This document shows positions 38,156 through 48,737 of a stretch of DNA of 64,000 bases, one piece after another. Source of the stretch: Trueperaceae bacterium (GTDB taxonomy: Bacteria; Deinococcota; Deinococci; Deinococcales; Trueperaceae); contig OZ243913.1 in the NCBI GenBank assembly GCA_965213705.1, forward strand, positions 3,968,001-4,032,000. Reading direction: 5' to 3'. The notes under the pieces are model-generated. The model did not search any database and was not told where the DNA came from. It was given only the letters and a program-made list of their open reading frames with translations. Each line of letters starts with the position of its first letter. Positions within the stretch are counted from its first letter, which is position 1. The position numbers and the translations under genes were made by a program.

Positions 38156-39106
38156 ATGTCTGACCACCTAAACGATTCACCTCTTACCCCTTTCGGCGAC
38201 CCGGACGCGGCGACCCGCTCGGGTTTTATCGCGCTGCTCGGCAAGCCCAACGTCGGCAAGTCGACGCTGCTCAACACCCTGTTGGGCGTCAAGGTCGCGC
38301 CGATTACGCCCAAGCCGCAGACCACGCGCCGCGGCGTGCGCGGCATCTACACCCAAGACGACCGCCAACTCGTCTTTGTCGACACGCCGGGGCTGCACCG
38401 GGCGCAGGACGCGCTCGGCAACTACATGAACCGCGAGGTGAGGTCGGCTGTAATCGACGTGGACGGAATTTTGTGGGTCGTCGACCTGCGCCGCCCGCCC
38501 GGCGACGAGGACAAGGACGTGGCGCGGCTTCTCAAAGGCATCGACCCGGACACGCCCGTCTACCTCGTCGGCAACAAGGTCGACAGTGCCAAGTATCCCG
38601 ACGAGGCCCTCGAGCTGTACCAAGACCTCTACCCGGACTTAAAACGCGTCTACAGCTTGAGCGCGCTGAACGACCCCAAGGCCGTGTACGCGCTGCGCGA
38701 CGACCTGTTCGAACTCATTCCCGAAAACCCGTTTTTCTTTCCCGCCGACATCCGCTCAGACCAGTCGCGCGAGGACTGGGTAGCTGAAATCGTGCGCGAG
38801 AGCGCCATGATTCACCTGCGCCAGGAGCTGCCCTACACGGTCGCGGTGCAGGTCGCGGAGTGGCGCGCGCCCGAAAAAGAGGGTGAAGCGATTTACATCC
38901 TCGCCGAGATTTGGGTCGAGCGGGGCAACCACCGGATGATAGTCCTCGGCAAGGGCGGCAAGATGATCAAGGAAATCGGCCGCACGGCTCGCAAGCAGCT
39001 CGAGGTTTTTTTGGACCACAAAATCTACCTCGACTTAGAAGTCACCGTCCACAAAAACTGGCGCGAAGACTTGGACGCGCTGCGCGAACTCGGTTATGAG
39101 AACTGA
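38156..39106 (+). CDS. era: GTPase Era
   Basis: GKPNVGKS, PQTTR, DTPG, NKVD, KH domain. Confidence 0.97.
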   Translation: MSDHLNDSPLTPFGDPDAATRSGFIALLGKPNVGKSTLLNTLLGVKVAPITPKPQTTRRGVRGIYTQDDRQLVFVDTPGLHRAQDALGNYMNREVRSAVIDVDGILWVVDLRRPPGDEDKDVARLLKGIDPDTPVYLVGNKVDSAKYPDEALELYQDLYPDLKRVYSLSALNDPKAVYALRDDLFELIPENPFFFPADIRSDQSREDWVAEIVRESAMIHLRQELPYTVAVQVAEWRAPEKEGEAIYILAEIWVERGNHRMIVLGKGGKMIKEIGRTARKQLEVFLDHKIYLDLEVTVHKNWREDLDALRELGYEN

Positions 39107-39246
39107 AGACGACTTAGGGCGTTCTGGGCCAGTAGCTTGTAGCTTGTGGCTTGTAGAAAAACCACTGGTTACGAGCCACAAGCCGCTGACGTCGGCAAGC
39201 CTCCGGTACAAGGAACCCAAAAGCCCGTCTTCTTGCTACTGGACCC

Positions 39247-39600
39247 GTGCCGCTTTTCGCCCGCTGGCGTAGCCTCTCGGCGCTCCCGGCGCGGCGCGGA
39301 CGGGACGCGGCGCCGGGCGTGTACGAACTCGCCGACGAAGGCAAGACGCTCCTCTATATCGGCCAGTCCGCCAAGGACGTGCCCAACCGCATCCGGCAAC
39401 ACCTGCAAAAAGAGGGCTGTATTCAGACGCGCGCTCGCTACTGGCGTTACAGCTACAGCCGCGTTCCACAAGCCGAAGAAGCCGAGCACTTGGCCCGCTA
39501 CGCGGCTCAAAACGACCTCAGCCTGCCGCCTTGCAACCGCGCCAACCAACGCGTGCGCGACGCGGCGCAGCGGTATAACGAGCGCAGCCGTTCCCAGTGA
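39247..39600 (+). CDS. Small stand-alone GIY-YIG-like protein
   Basis: PGVYEL...LYIGQS...RIRQH...E...PPCN. Confidence 0.7.
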   Translation: MPLFARWRSLSALPARRGRDAAPGVYELADEGKTLLYIGQSAKDVPNRIRQHLQKEGCIQTRARYWRYSYSRVPQAEEAEHLARYAAQNDLSLPPCNRANQRVRDAAQRYNERSRSQ

Positions 39601-39745
39601 ACTGTGTAAGCGCTCCAAATACGCGCCCAAAAGCCTCTTTATACTTTGGGTACGGCCGGGTTGCACTTGTGAGCATTTACACAGTGTGATATAACCGTGA
39701 CGAACAGAGGGGGGATTTTCCCCTCACAACTCATTGGAGGAGAAC

Positions 39746-40240
39746 ATGCGCAAACTGGTTATTTTGTTGAGTTTTCTCGCCCTCAGCTTCGGCACCGTCT
39801 TTGCCCAGACGGACGACGCCAGCGTGTCGGTCAACCTAAACATCAACAACGCCGTCACCGAAAACTACTGGGCGGGCATTTCGTTCGGCTACCCCGGTAT
39901 TTACGGGCACTTCGGCCTGAAAGACATCATCGGCACCGGCGGCGACGTGCGCGCTAACCTGGGCTACAACTACGTCGGGGGCCGCTTCGCCATCGGCGCG
40001 GACGCCCTTTTCGACATCAACCTCAACGTGGACGCGCCCCTGGGTCTTTACCTGGGCGGCGGCCCTTACATCAACGTCGGCAACAGGTTTGTCTTCGGGG
40101 TCGAGGGTTTGGCGGGTTTGGAGTACCGACTGAGCGATTTCGGTTTCAATCCGGGCGCTGTTTTCTTTGAACTCGGCCCGGCTATCGGCACGAACGGTTT
40201 CGACTTTCGCAGCCGGGTAGGATTCAACTACTACTTCTAA
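39746..40240 (+). CDS. Small outer-membrane beta-barrel protein
   Basis: Signal peptide, alternating beta strands, C-terminal FNYYF; GGAGGAG SD. Confidence 0.8.
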   Translation: MRKLVILLSFLALSFGTVFAQTDDASVSVNLNINNAVTENYWAGISFGYPGIYGHFGLKDIIGTGGDVRANLGYNYVGGRFAIGADALFDINLNVDAPLGLYLGGGPYINVGNRFVFGVEGLAGLEYRLSDFGFNPGAVFFELGPAIGTNGFDFRSRVGFNYYF

Positions 40241-40254
40241 ATCGGACGAACTGT

Positions 40255-40292
40255 AAAAAAGAGGCTCGAGTCGTGCTCGAGCCTCTTTTTTT
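40255..40292. terminator. Bidirectional intrinsic terminator
   Basis: aaaaaa-gaggctcgag-tcgtg-ctcgagcctc-ttttttt. Confidence 0.9.
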
Positions 40293-40378
40293 GTACATCC
40301 CTTTCAGGCTTGAACGCCTCGAGCTGCACTGGCCTTGTCTCCTCTTTCAGCGTCCTGAACGTCCTTTTTCACCACACC

Positions 40379-40407
40379 GTAGGGGCGGGTTTGAAACCCG
40401 CCCCTAC
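40379..40407. repeat. GTAG-type REP palindrome
   Basis: GTAGGGGCGGGTTT-G-AAACCCGCCCCTAC. Confidence 0.7.
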
Positions 40408-40437
40408 ACAACAGATGCACAACGGGTGGGAGCAACC

Positions 40438-43400
40438 TCACCCGCACAGATACAGCACCCGCGTAATCGCCTCCAGCAGCTCGCCCTCTTTCAAGCCCCG
40501 CTTTTTGATGCTGAACCCCGGCGGGTAGCGCGTCGGTTCGACGTTGTAGGGCAGTTCGCGCAACGTGCGCGCGTCGTAGTCGACGCTTTCACTCTCGAAA
40601 CTGAGTTGCACGTCGGTCATGTGTTCTTTGATGGTGGCGACGTCTTTTTCAAGAGCTAAGAGCCGAATCTTGACGAGGTCGACGAAGGTTTTCACCTCGG
40701 CGGGCAGCGGGCCATAAGCCTCGCGCATCTCTTTGGCGATGCGCCCGACCTCGGCCAAGCTACTCGTCTCAGACAAACGCCCGTAGTAGCCGATGCGCGC
40801 GGTGTCGTCGGCGATGTAGCTCGGACTGAGGCGCGCGTCGACGCCCAAGTCGATGCCGACGCTTTTACGCTCCTCGGCCCGTTTTTCGCCCTTGAGCTTG
40901 GCGATTTCCTCGGCGAGCATTTCGGTGTAGACTTCCAGCGACACCGCGCTGATTTGCCCGTGCTGCTCCGGCCCGAGCAGGTTGCCGACGCCGCGAATCT
41001 CCATGTCTTTTTCGGCCAACAGGTGGCCGCTGCCGAGGTCGTTGAGTTCGGCGATCGCGTACAGCCGCCGCTGCGCCTGGTCGGTGAGGCGGCCCGGATA
41101 GAGCAGGTAGGCCCACGCCTCGGTCTGGCGGCGACCGACCCGGCCGCGAAGTTGGTACAACTGCGCCAGCCCCAGCCGGTCGGCCCGCTCGATAATAAGG
41201 GTGTTCGCGCCCGAAATGTCCAGCCCCGACTCGACGATGGTGGTGCTGAGCAACACGTCGTAAGCGCCCTCTTGAAAACCGAGCATGATTTCTTCCAGCT
41301 CGTCCGCGCCCATCTGCCCGTGCGCGACGCCGATGCGCGCTTCGGGCACGAGCTGTTGGAGGGTTTTGGCGCGCATCCCCATCGAACCGATACGGTCGTG
41401 GATGTAGAAGATTTTGCCGCCGCGCTCCAACTCAAACATCATCGCCTCGCGCGCGGTCAAGGGGTCGTAGGGTTGCAGCACGGTTTGGATGGGCTTGCGA
41501 CCCGCGGGCGGCGTCATGATTTGCGACACGTCGCGCAGACCGACCAGGCTCATGTACAACGTGCGCGGAATCGGCGTGGCCGACAACGAGAGCACGTCCA
41601 GGTTGGCCTGCAGCGCCTTCATCTTCTCTTTTTGCCCGACGCCGAAGCGGTGCTCCTCGTCGATGATGAGCAACCCTAAGTCTTTAAAGCTGATGCTTTC
41701 GTTCAGCAAGCGGTGGGTGCCGACGGCGATGTCGACGGTGCCGTTTTTGAGGCCTTTGACGACCGCTCGAGCTTCCTTGTCGCTCGAGAACCGCGACAGC
41801 ATCTCGACCCGCACCGGCAGCCCCTTGAACCGCTCCTCGAACGTTTCGAAGTGCTGTTTGGCAAGTACCGTCGTCGGCACGAGCATCACGGTTTGTTTGC
41901 CGTTCCCGACCGCCCGGTGCGCCGCGCGAATCGCCACCTCGGTCTTGCCGAAACCCACGTCGCCGCTGATGAGGCGGTCCATCGGCACTTCTTTCGCCAT
42001 GTCGTTTAGGGTGGCGTCGACAGCTCGAGCCTGGTCGGGCGTGAGGGTGAACGGGCAATTCTTCTCGATAAGCTCGTCCCAGTCGGGCACCGGCCCGAGC
42101 GCCACACCCTTGGTGACCTGGCGCTTGGCGTAGGTTTTGATGAGCCGCATCGCCAGCTCTTGCGCGCTGACCCGCGCCTTTTCCTTCGCCCGCGCCCACT
42201 CGTTGGTGCCGAGGGTGGACAAGCGCGGTGGGTCGTCGGTGGTGCCGGGGTGGCGGCGCAGCAGCGGCAACTGCTCGACCGGCAGGTAAAGCTTGCCCTC
42301 GCCCGCGTAGCGCAGCATGAGGTAGTCGCGGGTGACGCCCAACACCTGCCGCGGCTCGAGCCCCGTAAATAGCCCGATGCCGTGGTCGGGGTGGATGAGG
42401 TAATCGCCGACCGTGAGCTGCACCGCGTCGTGGACGCTTTTGCCGGGCAAACGCTTGAGCTTGCGCGCGCCCTGGTTGCCGTACAAGAGGTCTTCGGTAA
42501 TTAAGACCTCTTTGGCTTCCGGGTCGCGGTAGCCGCCGCGCGTGTTCGGCGCGATGACGAGGCTGAGCGAGCCTGGATGAGACCGCACCGTGTTGTGCCA
42601 GTGGGTTTCAACGTCGTCGATAATTTTCTCGCGCAGGTAGCGCCCGGTGCGTTCAAACTTTAGCAGCAGCGTGACGCTGTAGCCGTCCTTGAGCCAGGTG
42701 CCGACGTCGTTGCGAAATTCGGACAGTTTGCCGCGGTAGTAGCCGAGCGATTCTTGCGAGGTCTCGCCCTCTTCAAGCCCAAGCGCGTCCCGCCCGAAGG
42801 ACACGACCTCACGGCCGGCCAGGTACGACCACAGCCACTCGATTCGCTCGTCGCCCAAATCGCCCGCGAACAGTTCCGAGCCGTCTAAAAAGAGCGTACC
42901 CGGTAGATGCTCTAAAAGCTTCGAGTCCCAGGCTTCCTCGCTTAGTTCGGCCTCAGGACGGGGCGCGAGCAAAAAGTTTTTCACCTCGTCCTCGCCGCGC
43001 ACCAGCCGGTCCAACTCGTCGCCGAAAAACTCGAGCCGCAGCGTGTCCTCCGGGTCGGCCTCGTCCAAGTAAAGCGTCAGCGTGTCGCCGCGCACGACGA
43101 ACCCCGGCTGCGCGTCGCGCTCGAAACCGTAATTAACAAGCGTCTCGAGCAAACTTTCCCGCGCGTACTCGCGTCCCAACTCCAAAGAGAGGGCGTAGGC
43201 GTCCGGGTTCTTGGGGAAGGGTTTGAGGGCGTCCTCGAGGGACACGACAACTTTTTCGAAGCGTTCGGGCCAGCTTGTCAAACTGGGGTTGACGCTGGCA
43301 GGTGTGTTGAAGGCGCTCGAGTCGCTGTAAAGTTCTAAACGTTCACCCGTCGTGAGGAGCACGGCGGGGCCGTCATGCCGGGCGAACAGCGCCAAGCGAG

Positions 43401-43458
43401 CGACGGCGGGCAGACCTAACAGGCGTTTTGAGCGGGTTTTTTCTTGGGTTTGGGGCAT
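40438..43458 (-). CDS. mfd: Transcription-repair coupling factor
   Basis: CarD/RID domain (HPDHGIG), GDVGFGKTEVA, DEEHRFGV, QLRGRVGR, TRCF C-terminus. Confidence 0.96.
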   Translation of the reverse strand: MPQTQEKTRSKRLLGLPAVARLALFARHDGPAVLLTTGERLELYSDSSAFNTPASVNPSLTSWPERFEKVVVSLEDALKPFPKNPDAYALSLELGREYARESLLETLVNYGFERDAQPGFVVRGDTLTLYLDEADPEDTLRLEFFGDELDRLVRGEDEVKNFLLAPRPEAELSEEAWDSKLLEHLPGTLFLDGSELFAGDLGDERIEWLWSYLAGREVVSFGRDALGLEEGETSQESLGYYRGKLSEFRNDVGTWLKDGYSVTLLLKFERTGRYLREKIIDDVETHWHNTVRSHPGSLSLVIAPNTRGGYRDPEAKEVLITEDLLYGNQGARKLKRLPGKSVHDAVQLTVGDYLIHPDHGIGLFTGLEPRQVLGVTRDYLMLRYAGEGKLYLPVEQLPLLRRHPGTTDDPPRLSTLGTNEWARAKEKARVSAQELAMRLIKTYAKRQVTKGVALGPVPDWDELIEKNCPFTLTPDQARAVDATLNDMAKEVPMDRLISGDVGFGKTEVAIRAAHRAVGNGKQTVMLVPTTVLAKQHFETFEERFKGLPVRVEMLSRFSSDKEARAVVKGLKNGTVDIAVGTHRLLNESISFKDLGLLIIDEEHRFGVGQKEKMKALQANLDVLSLSATPIPRTLYMSLVGLRDVSQIMTPPAGRKPIQTVLQPYDPLTAREAMMFELERGGKIFYIHDRIGSMGMRAKTLQQLVPEARIGVAHGQMGADELEEIMLGFQEGAYDVLLSTTIVESGLDISGANTLIIERADRLGLAQLYQLRGRVGRRQTEAWAYLLYPGRLTDQAQRRLYAIAELNDLGSGHLLAEKDMEIRGVGNLLGPEQHGQISAVSLEVYTEMLAEEIAKLKGEKRAEERKSVGIDLGVDARLSPSYIADDTARIGYYGRLSETSSLAEVGRIAKEMREAYGPLPAEVKTFVDLVKIRLLALEKDVATIKEHMTDVQLSFESESVDYDARTLRELPYNVEPTRYPPGFSIKKRGLKEGELLEAITRVLYLCG

Positions 43459-43618
43459 TCATAACCGTTTCTGTGAGGGCTTGAAAAGACCGTTTATGAT
43501 ACCGCCTGCGCCACCTTTTTCCTTGCCCGTGTCTTACAGTTCGGGTGAGTGGTCGGGGTTTAGAAAGCGACGTGGCGAAGCCGAATAGAAAACAATTCAA
43601 GCTGGTAGAGTGGTTCTC

Positions 43619-44422
43619 GTGAACGAGCCGCAACGACAGCCCGATGATGGCCCCTGGCTACAGCTTCGGGGTGGAAACGTGAACACGGTCGCTCGCAAAG
43701 GTGACGTCGTGCGCCGCCGCACCGGTCCCGCCAGCCCGGCCGTTCACCAACTCCTCGCCTGGTTGCACGCCCAAAACTTTCACCGGGTTCCCGAACTTAC
43801 CCACCTGACCGAAACCCACGAGTTTTTGACCTACCTGCCGGGTCAAGCCGTTTTCAGGCCGTGGCCGGAAGAGGTCAAAACGGATACTTGGATGGCGCAG
43901 CTCGGCGACTGGTTGAAGCGGTATCACCACGCGGTCAAAGACTTTCGGGTTCGCGGCGGGGCCGGCTTCTTGTGGGGACCCACCGACCCCGAGGCGGGGA
44001 TGGTCGTTTGTCACGGTGATTTAGGACCGTGGAACTGCATTCGGCAGGACACCGAACTCGTCGGGGTCATCGACTGGGACCTCGCGCGGTACGGCGTCCC
44101 GTTGGACGACCTCGCCGAACTCGCGCTCGAGGCCGTTCCTTTGCGGCCGAACGTCGAGAGCACGGTGGGACCGGACACAGCCAAAACCGACCTGTTGCGG
44201 CGGCTGAAAACTTTGTGTGAAGCCTACGGTGCGGCGACGCCGGACGAGGTGCTGAACCACGTTCCGGACTACCTGACGAAAATTATCCGGGACATAGAAA
44301 CACAAGCAGAGCGCGGCGTCGAACCGTTTGTGTCTTTCAGGGCGGGAGGTATCTTGGCAGAACTCGAGAAGGACAAAACTTTCGTGCTGACGGAGTGGGG
44401 AGTTGACGGCTCCTGGACCTGA
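43619..44422 (+). CDS. Aminoglycoside phosphotransferase-fold kinase
   Basis: LRGGNVN, CHGDLGPWN, IDWD. Confidence 0.85.
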   Translation: MNEPQRQPDDGPWLQLRGGNVNTVARKGDVVRRRTGPASPAVHQLLAWLHAQNFHRVPELTHLTETHEFLTYLPGQAVFRPWPEEVKTDTWMAQLGDWLKRYHHAVKDFRVRGGAGFLWGPTDPEAGMVVCHGDLGPWNCIRQDTELVGVIDWDLARYGVPLDDLAELALEAVPLRPNVESTVGPDTAKTDLLRRLKTLCEAYGAATPDEVLNHVPDYLTKIIRDIETQAERGVEPFVSFRAGGILAELEKDKTFVLTEWGVDGSWT

Positions 44423-44664
44423 GCCGCGCGGCAGGCGCGTCTGAAACCTCATCCAAGTGGCGTACAAGGGTTGCTCGAGGACACACGTCGCCAAATCCCC
44501 AAGCTGAGTTCTCTGAGCGGCGTTTCGCGCGCAGCCACCGCCGTCAACGTTGGGCGCGGCTCGAGTACCACACAGAAGATGCTTTCGACTTGTACGAAGA
44601 CCCGGCAGCCCTCATGTGAAATGGCTAACGAGTAAACCTTGTACCTCTCCTTTAAGGTAGACAC

Positions 44665-46059
44665 ATGACGAGCGCACCCGAAGTGGCGCACCCTTCCACC
44701 CTCGGCAGCGACACCCCAACTTTCGGACCCGAGCAAGCTTACGACGACATCGTTCTTTTGGCGGCGCAGCTTTGCCGCACGCCCATCGCCGCCGTCAGTT
44801 TTTTGGACGGCGAGCGCCAGTGGTTCAAGGCCGAAACAGGCCTGGGGCTGACAGACATCCCGCACGACGGCTCCTTTTGCTTTTACACGCTTGCCGAGCG
44901 GGCTTGTCTGGTCGTCCCCGACGCGCAGCGCGACGCGCGCTTTAAGGAACATCCGCTCGTCGTCGGCGAGCCGCAACTGCGGTTTTACGCGGGCGTGCCC
45001 TTGCTGACCCCCGCGGGCGCGGCCCTGGGGACGCTGTGCGTGCTCGACCGGACGCCCCGCGAGTTGGGCGCGGGGCAACAAGAAGCCTTGCAGGCCCTGG
45101 CGCGGCAAGTAATGCGGCAGCTCGAGCTGCGCCGTACGGCCGCGCGGCTAGAAGAGAGCGAGCAGCGTTTTACGGCGCTCATGGACAACAGCCCCGTCGT
45201 CACCTTTATCAAAGACGAGGCGGGGCGCATGGTTTACGCGAACAAACCGTTCGAGCGCCGTTTTCAACTTGGGCGGCGGCAGTGGCAGCACAAAAACGAC
45301 TTCGAGCTGTGGCCGGGCGAGGTAGCCCGCGCCCTGCGCGAGCACGACCTGAGCGTGCTCCAGGGTGAGGAAACGGTCGAACTGCTCGAGAGCGTGCCCA
45401 CGCCGGACGGTTCCTTGCAGCACTGGCGGGTTTACAAGTTCCCGCTGCACTTGGGCGGCCGCAAGTTCGTCGCGGGCACGGCCCTGGACGTGACCGAGAT
45501 GAAGCGCTACGAGGAGCAACTAGAAGCGTACGGTGAAAAGCTCGAGGCGGACAACTTGCACCTAAACCGCTTAGGCAGGACCGACAGCCTCACCGGTCTC
45601 AAAAACCGCCGCGCCTTCGACGAGGCCCTGGCAAAGGCGTTCGAACATGCAAAACGTCACGGCGAGCCCTTGTCTTTGCTGCTTCTCGACGTGGACCATT
45701 TCAAAGAGTACAACGACACCTTCGGCCATCCCGCCGGGGACGACGCGCTCCGCCAAGTCGGCCGTCTGTTGAGCGAAACGACGCGAGCCGGGGAACTCAT
45801 CGCGCGCTACGGCGGTGAGGAGTTCGCCGTCGTCCTGCCCAAAACCGACCTGCACAACGCGCTGGCGCTGGCCGAACGGTTTCGGCGCGCGGTCGAGGCG
45901 TCAAGTTGGCCGCGGCGCGACGTGACCGTCAGCGTCGGGGCGGCTACCCTGACGCTCACCATGCCGGACCCGGCGGCCCTCGTCACGGCGGCCGACAAGG
46001 CGCTTTACCGTGCCAAGGCGCGGGGGCGCAACCGCGTTTTGGCGTTCGCCCAAGCTTGA
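44665..46059 (+). CDS. GAF-PAS diguanylate cyclase
   Basis: GAF (RFYAGVPL), PAS, RYGGEEF. Confidence 0.93.
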   Translation: MTSAPEVAHPSTLGSDTPTFGPEQAYDDIVLLAAQLCRTPIAAVSFLDGERQWFKAETGLGLTDIPHDGSFCFYTLAERACLVVPDAQRDARFKEHPLVVGEPQLRFYAGVPLLTPAGAALGTLCVLDRTPRELGAGQQEALQALARQVMRQLELRRTAARLEESEQRFTALMDNSPVVTFIKDEAGRMVYANKPFERRFQLGRRQWQHKNDFELWPGEVARALREHDLSVLQGEETVELLESVPTPDGSLQHWRVYKFPLHLGGRKFVAGTALDVTEMKRYEEQLEAYGEKLEADNLHLNRLGRTDSLTGLKNRRAFDEALAKAFEHAKRHGEPLSLLLLDVDHFKEYNDTFGHPAGDDALRQVGRLLSETTRAGELIARYGGEEFAVVLPKTDLHNALALAERFRRAVEASSWPRRDVTVSVGAATLTLTMPDPAALVTAADKALYRAKARGRNRVLAFAQA

Positions 46060-46112
46060 GGCCGGCTCCGGCACCGCGCCACGCGACCTCGTTTTGAACT
46101 GGCCCGGTCTTG

Positions 46113-46922
46113 TTACGAACCCGCGGCGCGCAGGGCAAGTTCGTAAGCGACGTTTCGCGGCGCGCCGACCGCTACCAACGCTCGGCGCAGCTCGAGCCCG
46201 GTCAACCCTTCGGCGGCAAACTTCCTAGCCTGCGCCGCGAAGTCGCTTTCTTCAACTTGCTCGGCGGGCGCGACGACGATGACGATTTCGCCCTTGACCT
46301 CACCTTGCGAAAGCTCTTCTACAAGTTCGGCGAGCGTGCCGCGGTAAACAGTCTCGAAGCGTTTGCTCAGCTCGCGGCTGACGCTGGCGTTTCTCGTCTC
46401 GCCGCAAACCTCGCTCAGGTCCTTCAGCGTGGCGACGAGGCGCTGCGGAGACTCGTAAAGGAGGCTGGTGGCGTCGCTCTGAGCGACGGTCGCAAGCCTG
46501 GCTTTACGCGCCGCACCTTTGCGGGGCAAGAAACCCTCAAAAGTAAACCGGGCCGTGTTCAGGCCCGAAAGCACGAGTGCCGGAACGAAGGCCGTCGGGC
46601 CGGGCAACACCTCGACGCTGTCGCCGCGTTTCAGGGCCAGTTGCACGAGTTCCGCGCCGGGGTCGCTGATGCCCGGCGTGCCCGCGTCGGTGACGAAAGC
46701 GACGTGGTCGTGGGCAGCCAAAACGCCTGCGCCGCGCTCGAGAATAGTGTGGGCGTCTAAACGCACCAAAGGCTTGTCGATGTCGTAGTGGGTCAACAAC
46801 TTGCGGCTGTGGCGGGTGTCTTCGGCGGCGACGACGTCGGCGGCGCGCAAAACGGTGAGCGCGCGCAGGGTGACGTCGGCCAAGTTGCCGATAGGCGTCG
46901 GTACCAACGTAAGCTTTGCCAC
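46113..46922 (-). CDS. rsmI: 16S rRNA C1402 2'-O-methyltransferase
   Basis: PTPIGNL, AEDTR, DAGTPGISDPG, RELSK. Confidence 0.95.
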   Translation of the reverse strand: MAKLTLVPTPIGNLADVTLRALTVLRAADVVAAEDTRHSRKLLTHYDIDKPLVRLDAHTILERGAGVLAAHDHVAFVTDAGTPGISDPGAELVQLALKRGDSVEVLPGPTAFVPALVLSGLNTARFTFEGFLPRKGAARKARLATVAQSDATSLLYESPQRLVATLKDLSEVCGETRNASVSRELSKRFETVYRGTLAELVEELSQGEVKGEIVIVVAPAEQVEESDFAAQARKFAAEGLTGLELRRALVAVGAPRNVAYELALRAAGS

Positions 46923-46928
46923 GCCGGT

Positions 46929-47120
46929 TTAAACGGGTGCGCCCAGCGCGACCCGCGGGCGGCTGCGGCGGCGACGGTTGCGGCGCAAGGCCGAGCGCAA
47001 CGTCGCGCGCACGTACTCGGCCTCACCGATGGTGACGGTCACCGTTGCCCCTTCGGGCAGCTGGACACCCTCGGCCAGCACGACTTTGCCGTCTTTGACA
47101 AGCCCTTTATAAGCTCGCAC
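46929..47120 (-). CDS. Small hypothetical protein (DUF104/AF2212-like N-terminus)
   Basis: YKGLVKDGKVVL...LPEGATVTV; co-oriented directly upstream of rsmI. Confidence 0.7.
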   Translation of the reverse strand: MRAYKGLVKDGKVVLAEGVQLPEGATVTVTIGEAEYVRATLRSALRRNRRRRSRPRVALGAPV

Positions 47121-47532
47121 GACTTTCCTCCCCGTTACCGTTAGCCAGTTTCAAGATCATCTCGTCTACTTCCTGGGTCGTTTGGCCTTGGCGCACCAGC
47201 ACGGCGCGGTAGGCTTCGTACATCTTCAGGGCGGCGTCCTGGTGACCTTCGCGGACGAGGCGCTCACCCTGAAAAACGCCGTCGTGGAAAAAAAAGTCCG
47301 GCACGAAAGTTTCCTGGGGCAAAACACCCGGCCGCGCGTCCTCGAGCCCAGTTTCGTCTTGGTCGCGCAAACGCCAGCGCAACCACGCGAACGCGACCAG
47401 AAAAATACCGAGTGCCACGCTCAACGCAACCGCGTAGCTGCGCGGAATGCCGACGTTTTCACCCAGGCGAGCTAAAAAGGGCAGCGCAAAGGCGAGCGCG
47501 GCTAGAAGCGTCAAAAGACTCGCGTAGCTCAC
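47107..47532 (-). CDS. Hypothetical membrane protein
   Basis: Two N-terminal TM segments; overlaps the next gene. Confidence 0.7.
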   Translation of the reverse strand: MSYASLLTLLAALAFALPFLARLGENVGIPRSYAVALSVALGIFLVAFAWLRWRLRDQDETGLEDARPGVLPQETFVPDFFFHDGVFQGERLVREGHQDAALKMYEAYRAVLVRQGQTTQEVDEMILKLANGNGEESRASL

Positions 47533-47831
47533 TTTGTCACCCGCTTCATCCCGTTCAACACCTCTGCGTTCAGCACCTTTTTTCAGCTTACGACTTTGCT
47601 CTGTTCTTTTGGTCTGTTCTTGCGGACCCGCTCTTTTCGACCTAAATTTTTTCCGTTTTTGCCCGCTGTAGTAAATTACCGTTTGCGAACCCTCGAGCCT
47701 CCCGGCTTCACCCCGCTAGCGTAGCAGCAAACACGGGTTGGTGGGTAGATGCACGACGGTCGGGCGAATCCTGCTCGCTCCGACAGTCCAAGCCGCCCCG
47801 CCGCCGTAGAGTAAGTGTAAGGAGGCGTACT

Positions 47832-48680
47832 ATGAAAACGGTACAAAACCAGAGTGACACGTCCGGGTTGGGCAACTCAACAGTTCACCGCCTCGGTTAC
47901 GGCGCGATGCGGCTGACCGGCGAGGGCGTTTGGGGGCCGCCCAAAGACCGTGCCGGAGCCAAAAAAGTCCTTCACCGCGCCTTAGACCTGGGCGTCGACT
48001 TTATCGACACCGCCGACGCCTACGGCCCCGACGTAAACGAGGAGCTTATCGCCGAGGCGCTGTACCCTTACCCCGAAGGGCTCGTCATCGCGACCAAGGG
48101 CGGCCTGACGCGCTCCGGCCCCAACGAGTGGCACCCGAACGGGCGGCCCGACCACCTGCGCAAAGCCTTGGAAGGCAGTTTGAAATGCCTTAAAGTCGAC
48201 ACCGTCGACCTCTACCAGTTCCACCGCCCCGACCCCGACGTGCCGTTCGAAGACTCGGTCGGCACGCTTCATGAGATGCAAAAAGAGGGCAAGGTCAGAC
48301 ACGTCGGGCTGTCGAACGTGTCGGTCGAGCAGTTGGACAAGGCGAGGAACCTGTTGGAAGTCGTCTCGGTGCAAAACCGCTACAACCTCACCGACCGCGC
48401 TTCGGAAGCTGTTTTACAAGCCTGCGAGAAGTACGGTATCGGTTTTATCCCCTGGTACCCCATCGCCACGGGCGACCTGCCTGCGGACGACCTCGAGAAA
48501 ATAACGAGCGCCCACGACGCCACGCCCGCGCAAGTCGCCTTGGCCTGGCTGCTGCACAAGTCCCCGGTGATGCTGCCGATTCCCGGCACCTCGAGCCTGG
48601 CACACCTAGAAGAAAACGTCGCCGCCTCGGCCCTGCAACTGAGCGACGAAGAAATGCAAAGGCTCGGCGACATGAACTAA
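47832..48680 (+). CDS. Aldo/keto reductase
   Basis: GYGAMRL, IDTADAYG, ATKGG, IPGTSS..HLEEN. Confidence 0.94.
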   Translation: MKTVQNQSDTSGLGNSTVHRLGYGAMRLTGEGVWGPPKDRAGAKKVLHRALDLGVDFIDTADAYGPDVNEELIAEALYPYPEGLVIATKGGLTRSGPNEWHPNGRPDHLRKALEGSLKCLKVDTVDLYQFHRPDPDVPFEDSVGTLHEMQKEGKVRHVGLSNVSVEQLDKARNLLEVVSVQNRYNLTDRASEAVLQACEKYGIGFIPWYPIATGDLPADDLEKITSAHDATPAQVALAWLLHKSPVMLPIPGTSSLAHLEENVAASALQLSDEEMQRLGDMN

Positions 48681-48737
48681 GGCGGCATGAACTAAAAAGG
48701 GCAACCCGCCAAGGCTGCCCCGAATTCAACTTTTTCG

